DNA of 64,000 nt from Eledone cirrhosa (lineage: Eukaryota): assembly GCA_964016885.1 (NCBI GenBank), contig OZ024740.1:431210001-431274000 (forward strand). Direction: 5' to 3'. Positions 55,701 to 64,000 of this stretch are shown here, piece after piece; the first letter of the stretch is position 1; every line of letters begins with the position of its first letter. Under the pieces are notes generated by a model. The model saw only the letters and a program-made list of their open reading frames with translations. It was not told the DNA's origin and searched no databases. The position numbers and the translations under genes were made by a program.

Positions 55701-58700
55701 TTCTTTAGAGAAGTTGTTATTCCCTTAACAGGAGTAAAGAGTCCTCTCTACCTTACATGTCTCCAATTGTCAATCTTTACAGAGAGGTTGTTATTCCCTT
55801 AACAGGAGTAAAGAGTCCTCTCTACCTTACATGTCTCCAATTGTCAATCTTTAGAGAGGTTGTTATTCCCTTAACAGGAGTAAAGAGTCCTCTCTACCTT
55901 ACATGTCTCCAATTGTCAATCTTTAGAGAGGTTGTTATTCCCTTAACAGGAGTAAAGAGTCCTCTCTACCTTACATGTCTCCAATTGTCAATCTTTAGAG
56001 AGGTTGTTATTCCCTTAACAGGAGTAAAGAGTCCTCTCTACTTTACATGTCTCCAATTGTCAATCTTTAGAGAGGTTGTTGTTCCCTTAACAGGAGTAGA
56101 GAGTCCTCTCTACCTTACATGTCTCCAATTGTCAATCTTTACAGAGAGGTTGTTATTCCCTTAACAGGAGTAAAGAGTCCTCTCTACTTTACACGTCTCC
56201 AATTGTCAATCTTTAGAGAGGTTGTTATTCCCTAAACAGGAGTAGAGTCCTCTCTACCTTACATGTCTCCAATTGTCAATCTTTAGAGAGGTTGTTATTC
56301 CCTTAACAGGAGTAAAGAGGCCTCTCTACCTTACATGTCTCCAATTGTCAATCTTTAGAGAGGTTGTTATTCCGTTAACAGGAGTAAAGAGTCCTCTCTA
56401 CCTTACATGTCTCTCATTGTGAATCTTTAGAGAGGTTGTTATTCCCTTAACGGGAGTAAAGAGTCCTCTCTACCTTACATGTCTCCAATTGTCAATCTTT
56501 AGAGAGGTTGTTATTCCCTTAACAGGAGTAAAGAGTGCTCTCTACCTTACATGTCTCCAATTGTCAATCTTTAGAGAGGTTGTTATTCCCTTAACAGGAG
56601 TAGAGTCCTCTCTACCTTACATGTCTCCAATTGTCAATCTTTAGAGAGGTTGTTATTCACTTAACATGAGTAAAGAGTCCTCTCTACCTTACATGTCTCC
56701 AATTGTCAATCTTTAGAGAGGTTGTTATTCCCTTAACAGGAGTAAAGAGTCCTCTCTACCTTACATGTCTCCAATTGTCAATCTTTAGAGAGGTTGTTAT
56801 TCCCTTAACAGGAGTAAAGAGTCCTCTCTACTTTACATGTCTCAAATTGTCAATCTTTAGAGAGGTTGTTATTCCCTTAACGGGAGTACAGAGTCCTCTC
56901 TACCTTACATATCTCCAATTGTCAATCTTTAGAGAGGTTGTTATTCCCTTAACAGGAGTAAAGAGTGCTCTCTACCTTACATGTCTCCAATTGTCAATCT
57001 TTAGAGAGGTTGTTATTCCCTTAACAGGAGTAAAGAGTCCTCTCTACCTTACATGTCTCCAATTGTCAATCTTTAGAGAGGTTGTTATTCCCTTAACAGG
57101 AGTAAAGAGTCCTCTCTACCTTACATGTCTCCAATTGTCAATATTTACAGAGAGGTTGTTATTCCCTTAACAGGAGTAAAGAGTCCTCTCTACTTTACAT
57201 GTCTCCAATTGTCAATCTTTAGAGAGGTTGTTATTCCCTTAACAGGAGTAGAGAGTCCTCTCTACCTTACATGTCTCCAATTGTCAATATTTACAGAGAG
57301 GTTGTTATTCCCTTAACAGGCGTAAAGAGTCCTCTCTACTTTACATGTCTCCAATTGTCAATCTTTAGAGAGGTTGTTATTCCCTTAACAGGAGTAAAGA
57401 GTCCTCTCTACCTTACATGTCTCTCATTGTGAATCTTTAGAGAGGTTGTTATTCCCTTAACAGGAGTAAAGAGTCCTCTCTACCTTACATGTCTCCAATT
57501 GTCAATCTTTAGAGAGGTTGTTATTCTCTTAACGGGAGTAAAGAGTCCTCTCTACCTTACATGTCTCCAATTGTCAATCTTTAGAGAGGTTGTTATTCCC
57601 TTAACAGGAGTAAAGAGTCCTCTCTACCTTACATGTCTCCAATTGTCAATCTTTAGAGGGGTTGTTATTCCCTTAACAGGAGTAAAGAGTGCTCTCTACC
57701 TTACATGTCTCCAATTGTCAATCTTTAGAGAGGTTGTTATTCCCTTAACAGGAGTAAAGAGTCCTCTCTACCTTACATGTCTCCAATTGTCAATCTTTAG
57801 AGAGGTTGTTATTCCCTTAACAGGATTAAAGAGTGCTCTCTACCTTACATGTCTCCAATTGTCAATCTTTAGAGAGGTTGTTATTCCCTTAACAGGAGTA
57901 AAGAGTCCTCTCTACCTTACATATCTCCAATTGTCAATCTTTAGAGAGGTTGTTATTCCCTTAACAGGAGTAAAGAGTCCTCTATACCTTACATGTCTCC
58001 AATTGTCAATCTTTACAGAGATGTTGTTATTCCCTTAACAGGAGTAAAGAGTCCACTCTACTTTACATGTCTCCAATTGTCAATCTTTAGAGAAGTTGTT
58101 ATTCCCTTAACAGGAGTAAAGAGTCCTCTCTACCTTACATGTCTCCAATTGTCAATCTTTACAGAGAGGTTGTTATTCCCTTAACAGGAGTAAAGAGTCC
58201 TCTCTACCTTACATGTCTCCAATTGTCAATCTTTAGAGAGGTTGTTATTCCCTTAACAGGAGTAAAGAGTCCTCTCTACCTTACATGTCTCCAATTGTCA
58301 ATCTTTAGAGAGGTTGTTATTCCCTTAACAGGAGTAAAGAGGCCTCTCTACCTTATATGTCTCCAATTGTCAATCTTTAGAGAGGTTGTTATTCCCTTAA
58401 CAGAAGTAAAGAGTCCTCTCTACCTTACATGTCTCCAATTGTCAATCTTTAGAGAGGTTGTTATTCCCTTAACAGGAGTAGAGAGTCCTCTCTACCTTAC
58501 ATGTCTCCAATTGTCAATCTTTACAGAGAGGTTTTTATTCCCTTAACAGGAGTAAAGAGTCCTCTCTACTTTACACATCTCCAATTGTCAATCTTTAGAG
58601 AGGTTGTTATTCCCTAAACAGGAGTAGAGTCCTCTCTACCTTACATGTCTCCAATTGTCAATCTTTAGAGAGGTTGTTATTCCCTTAACAGGAGTAAAGA

Positions 58701-61700
58701 GTCCTCTCTACCTTACATATCTCCAATTGTCAATCTTTAGAGAGGTTGTTATTCCCTTAACAGGAGTAAAGAGTCCTCTCTACCTTACATGTCTCCAATT
58801 GTCAATCTTTACAGAGATGTTGTTATTCCCTTAACAGGAGTAAAGAGTCCACTCTACTTTACATGTCTCCAATTGCCAATCTTTAGAGAAGTTGTTATTC
58901 CCTTAACAGGAGTAAAGAGTCCTCTCTACCTTACATGTCTCCAATTGTCAATCTTTACAGAGAGGTTGTTATTCCCTTAACAGGAGTAAAGAGTCCTCTC
59001 TACCTTACATGTCTCCAATTGTCAATCTTTAGAGAGGTTGTTATTCCCTTAACAGGAGTAAAGAGTCCTCTCTACCTTACATGTCTCCAATTGTCAATCT
59101 TTAGAGAGGTTGTTATTCCCTTAACAGGAGTAAAGAGTCCTCTCTACCTTACATGTCCCCAATTGTCAATCTTTAGAGAGGTTGTTATTCCCTTAACAGG
59201 AGTAAAGAGTCCTCTCTACTTTACATGTCTCCAATTGTCAATCTTTAGAGAGGTTGTTATTCCCTTAACAGGAGTAGAGAGTCCTCTCTACCTTACATGT
59301 CTCCAATTGTCAATCTTTACAGAGAGGTTGTTATTCCCTTAACAGGAGTAAAGAGTCCTCTCTACTTTACACGTCTCCAATTGTCAATCTTTAGAGAGGT
59401 TGTTATTCCCTAAACAGGAGTAGAGTCCTCTCTACCTTACATGTCTCCAATTGTCAATCTTTAGAGAGGTTGTTATTCCCTTAACAGGAGTAAAGAGGCC
59501 TCTCTACCTTACATGTCTCCAATTGTCAATCTTTAGAGAGGTTGTTATTCCGTTAACAGGAGTAAAGAGTCCTCTCTACCTTACATGTCTCTCATTGTGA
59601 ATCTTTAGAGAGGTTGTTATTCCCTTAACGGGAGTAAAGAGTCCTCTCTACCTTACATGTCTCCAATTGTCAATCTTTAGAGAGGTTGTTATTCCCTTAA
59701 CAGGAGTAAAGAGTGCTCTCTACCTTACATGTCTCCAATTGTCAATCTTTAGAGAGGTTGTTATTCCCTTAACAGGAGTAGAGTCCTCTCTACCTTACAT
59801 GTCTCCAATTGTCAATCTTTAGAGAGGTTGTTATTCACTTAACATGAGTAAAGAGTCCTCTCTACCTTACATGTCTCCAATTGTCAATCTTTAGAGAGGT
59901 TGTTATTCCCTTAACAGGAGTAAAGAGTCCTCTCTACCTTACATGTCTCCAATTGTCAATCTTTAGAGAGGTTGTTATTCCCTTAACAGGAGTAAAGAGT
60001 CCTCTCTACTTTACATGTCTCAAATTGTCAATCTTTAGAGAGGTTATTCCCTTAACGGGAGTACAGAGTCCTCTCTACCTTACATGTCTCCAATTGTCAA
60101 TCTTTAGAGAGGTTGTTATTCCCTTAACAGGAGTAAAGAGTGCTCTCTACCTTACATGTCTCCAATTGTCAATCTTTAGAGAGGTTGTTATTCCCTTAAC
60201 AGGAGTAAAGAGTCCTCTCTACCTTACATGTCTCCTAATTGTCAATCTTCAGAGAGGTTGTTATTCCCTTAACAGGAGTAAAGAGTCCTCTCTACCTTAC
60301 ATGTCTCCAATTGTCAATCTTTAAAGAGGTTGTTATTCCCTTAACAGGAGTAAAGAGTCCTCTCTACTTTACATGTCTCCAATTGTCAATCTTTAGAGAG
60401 GTTGTTATTCCCTTAACAGGAGTAAAGAGTCCTCTCTACCTTACATGTCTCCAATTGTCAATATTTACAGAGAGGTTGTTATTCCCTTAACAGGAGTAAA
60501 GAGTCCTCTCTACTTTACATGTCTCCAATTGTCAATCTTTAGAGAGGTTGTTATTCCCTTAACAGGAGTAGAGAGTCCTCTCTACCTTACATGTCTCCAA
60601 TTGTCAATATTTACAGAGAGGTTGTTATTCCCTTAACAGGCGTAAAGAGTCCTCTCTACTTTACATGTCTCCAATTGTCAATCTTTAGAGAGGTTGTTAT
60701 TCCCTTAACAGGAGTAAAGAGTCCTCTCTACCTTACATGTCTCTCATTGTGAATCTTTAGAGAGGTTGTTATTCCCTTAACAGGAGTAAAGAGTCCTCTC
60801 TACCTTACATGTCTCCAATTGTCAATCTTTAGAGAGGTTGTTATTCTCTTAACGGGAGTAAAGAGTCCTCTCTACCTTACATGTCTCCAATTGTCAATCT
60901 TTAGAGAGGTTGTTATTCCCTTAACAGGAGTAAAGAGTCCTCTCTACCTTACATGTCTCCAATTGTCAAGCTTTAGAGGGGTTGTTATTCCCTTAACAGG
61001 AGTAAAGAGTGCTCTCTACCTTACATGTCTCCAATTGTCAATCTTTAGAGAGGTTGTTATTCCCTTAACAGGAGTAAAGAGTCCTCTCTACCTTACATGT
61101 CTCCAATTGTCAATCTTTAGAGAGGTTGTTATTCCCTTAACAGGATTAAAGAGTGCTCTCTACCTTACATGTCTCCAATTGTCAATCTTTAGAGAGGTTG
61201 TTATTCCCTTAACAGGAGTAAAGAGTCCTCTCTACCTTACATATCTCCAATTGTCAATCTTTAGAGAGGTTGTTATTCCCTTAACAGGAGTAAAGAGTCC
61301 TCTATACCTTACATGTCTCCAATTGTCAATCTTTACAGAGATGTTGTTATTCCCTTAACAGGAGTAAAGAGTCCACTCTACTTTACATGTCTCCAATTGT
61401 GATTCTTTAGAGAAGTTGTTATTCCCTTAACAGGAGTAAAGAGTCCTCTCTACCTTACATGTCTCCAATTGTCAATCTTTACAGAGAGGTTGTTATTCCC
61501 TTAACAGGAGTAAAGAGTCCTCTCTACCTTACATGTCTCCAATTGTCAATCTTTAGAGAGGTTGTTATTCCCTTAACAGGAGTAAAGAGTCCTCTCTACC
61601 TTACATGTCTCCAATTGTCAATCTTTAGAGAGGTTGTTATTCCCTTAACAGGAGTAAAGAGTCCTCTCTACCTTACATGTCTCCAATTGTCAATCTTTAG

Positions 61701-64000
61701 AGAGGTTGTTATTCCCTTAACAGGAGTAAAGAGTCCTCTCTACTTTACATGTCTCCAATTGTCAATCTTTAGAGAGGTTGTTGTTCCCTTAACAGGAGTA
61801 GAGAGTCCTCTCTACCTTACATGTCTCCAATTGTCAATCTTTACAGAGAGGTTGTTATTCCCTTAACAGGAGTAAAGAGTCCTCTCTACTTTACACGTCT
61901 CCAATTGTCAATCTTTAGAGAGGTTGTTATTCCCTAAACAGGAGTAGAGTCCTCTCTACCTTACATGTCTCCAATTGTCAATCTTTAGAGAGGTTGTTAT
62001 TCCCTTAACAGGAGTAAAGAGGCCTCTCTACCTTACATGTCTCCAATTGTCAATCTTTAGAGAGGTTGTTATTCCGTTAACAGGAGTAAAGAGTCCTCTC
62101 TACCTTACATGTCTCTCATTGTGAATCTTTAGAGAGGTTGTTATTCCCTTAACGGGAGTAAAGAGTCCTCTCTACCTTACATGTCTCCAATTGTCAATCT
62201 TTAGAGAGGTTGTTATTCCCTTAACAGGAGTAAAGAGTGCTCTCTACCTTACATGTCTCCAATTGTCAATCTTTAGAGAGGTTGTTATTCCCTTAACAGG
62301 AGTAGAGTCCTCTCTACCTTACATGTCTCCAATTGTCAATCTTTAGAGAGGTTGTTATTCACTTAACATGAGTAAAGAGTCCTCTCTACCTTACATGTCT
62401 CCAATTGTCAATCTTTAGAGAGGTTGTTATTCCCTTAACAGGAGTAAAGAGTCCTCTCTACCTTACATGTCTCCAATTGTCAATCTTTAGAGAGGTTGTT
62501 ATTCCCTTAACAGGAGTAAAGAGTCCTCTCTACTTTACATGTCTCAAATTGTCAATCTTTAGAGAGGTTGTTATTCCCTTAACGGGAGTACAGAGTCCTC
62601 TCTACCTTACATATCTCCAATTGTCAATCTTTAGAGAGGTTGTTATTCCCTTAACAGGAGTAAAGAGTGCTCTCTACCTTACATGTCTCCAATTGTCAAT
62701 CTTTAGAGAGGTTGTTATTCCCTTAACAGGAGTAAAGAGTCCTCTCTACCTTACATGTCTCCAATTGTCAATCTTTAGAGAGGTTGTTATTCCCTTAACA
62801 GGAGTAAAGAGTCCTCTCTACCTTACATGTCTCCAATTGTCAATATTTACAGAGAGGTTGTTATTCCCTTAACAGGAGTAAAGAGTCCTCTCTACTTTAC
62901 ATGTCTCCAATTGTCAATCTTTAGAGAGGTTGTTATTCCCTTAACAGGAGTAGAGAGTCCTCTCTACCTTACATGTCTCCAATTGTCAATATTTACAGAG
63001 AGGTTGTTATTCCCTTAACAGGCGTAAAGAGTCCTCTCTACTTTACATGTCTCCAATTGTCAATCTTTAGAGAGGTTGTTATTCCCTTAACAGGAGTAAA
63101 GAGTCCTCTCTACCTTACATGTCTCTCATTGTGAATCTTTAGAGAGGTTGTTATTCCCTTAACAGGAGTAAAGAGTCCTCTCTACCTTACATGTCTCCAA
63201 TTGTCAATCTTTAGAGAGGTTGTTATTCTCTTAACGGGAGTAAAGAGTCCTCTCTACCTTACATGTCTCCAATTGTCAATCTTTAGAGAGGTTGTTATTC
63301 CCTTAACAGGAGTAAAGAGTCCTCTCTACCTTACATGTCTCCAATTGTCAATCTTTAGAGGGGTTGTTATTCCCTTAACAGGAGTAAAGAGTGCTCTCTA
63401 CCTTACATGTCTCCAATTGTCAATCTTTAGAGAGGTTGTTATTCCCTTAACAGGAGTAAAGAGTCCTCTCTACCTTACATGTCTCCAATTGTCAATCTTT
63501 AGAGAGGTTGTTATTCCCTTAACAGGATTAAAGAGTGCTCTCTACCTTACATGTCTCCAATTGTCAATCTTTAGAGAGGTTGTTATTCCCTTAACAGGAG
63601 TAAAGAGTCCTCTCTACCTTACATATCTCCAATTGTCAATCTTTAGAGAGGTTGTTATTCCCTTAACAGGAGTAAAGAGTCCTCTATACCTTACATGTCT
63701 CCAATTGTCAATCTTTACAGAGATGTTGTTATTCCCTTAACAGGAGTAAAGAGTCCACTCTACTTTACATGTCTCCAATTGTCAATCTTTAGAGAAGTTG
63801 TTATTCCCTTAACAGGAGTAAAGAGTCCTCTCTACCTTACATGTCTCCAATTGTCAATCTTTACAGAGAGGTTGTTATTCCCTTAACAGGAGTAAAGAGT
63901 CCTCTCTACCTTACATGTCTCCAATTGTCAATCTTTAGAGAGGTTGTTATTCCCTTAACAGGAGTAAAGAGTCCTCTCTACCTTACATGTCTCCAATTGT
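52730..64000. repeat. Tandem duplication of a 5702-bp (79-monomer) block; second copy runs to the window edge
   Basis: Offsets 53087/58789, 54179/59881, 55757/61459 and 57993/63695 equal 5702. Shared rare variants are at 52831/58533, 52875/58577, 53174/58876, 53456/59158, 55268/60970 and 56081/61783. Confidence 0.93.

Larger units (their letters stand above)
1..64000. repeat. Tandem satellite array, 72-bp monomer, ~885-890 head-to-tail copies, open at both window edges
   Basis: Bases 1-72 recur at 73, 145, 217 and so on to the end of the window. Most monomers carry only a few differences from consensus. Recurrent length variants are 74 bp (TTTACAGAG), 73 bp (CTCCTAATT), 70 bp (GTAGAGTCC or CCTTATGTC) and 69 bp (GAGGTTATTCC). 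No strand switch or non-repeat sequence was seen. Confidence 0.99.

Noticed and set aside
44-63886. Many + strand ORFs encoding repeats of LTGVKSPLYLTCLQLSIFREVVIP
   Set aside because: 72 bp equals 24 codons with one stop-free frame. Frameshifting 1-2 bp indels and stop-creating variants (TTGTGA, ACATGA, CCCTAA) are freely amplified. There are no unique N- or C-terminal domains and no recognisable protein family, so there is no evidence of coding constraint.
1-64000. CRISPR array: the 72-bp period matches repeat plus spacer size, and the minus-strand GTAGAGAGG...TAAGGGAATAACAAC loosely resembles some repeat ends
   Set aside because: There are no variable spacers: variation is low and spread over the whole monomer. 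No leader or cas genes are present, and the resemblance is only a few bases. A CRISPRCasdb repeat match plus prokaryotic flanks would be needed to reconsider.
1-64000. Telomeric repeat, tRNA/5S/snRNA tandem gene array, or hidden inversion or insertion
   Set aside because: The monomer has no short G-rich telomeric motif, tRNA cloverleaf with A/B boxes or recognisable RNA-gene sequence. Reading through the window showed no strand switch or foreign sequence.

Overview
The entire 64 kb window is one uninterrupted head-to-tail tandem array (satellite DNA) of a 72-bp monomer, about 39% GC, with consensus CTTAACAGGAGTAAAGAGTCCTCTCTACCTTACATGTCTCCAATTGTCAATCTTTAGAGAGGTTGTTATTCC. There are roughly 885-890 copies, all in the same orientation, and the array runs off both edges. 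I see no genes, RNA genes, transposon insertions, unique sequence or CRISPR spacers. All listed ORFs arise because 72 bp equals 24 codons and one + strand frame has no stop. The informative signal is in recurrent monomer variants (SNVs and 69/70/73/74-bp length variants). These show nested, irregular higher-order duplications with offsets of 144, 216, 363, 789, 1590, 1948, 2011, 2382, 2661, 3833, 5495, 5702, 6274 and 6713 bp. They also show a switch of variant subfamily at about 15-20 kb, a mutation-rich segment at about 50-53.5 kb, mappable in-register deletions, and two candidate CpG-deamination events. I cannot identify the organism or satellite family, and I find no support for a novel gene-encoded system. 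Block boundaries are approximate (about one to a few monomers) because they were read by eye from diagnostic variants and ORF-track offsets.
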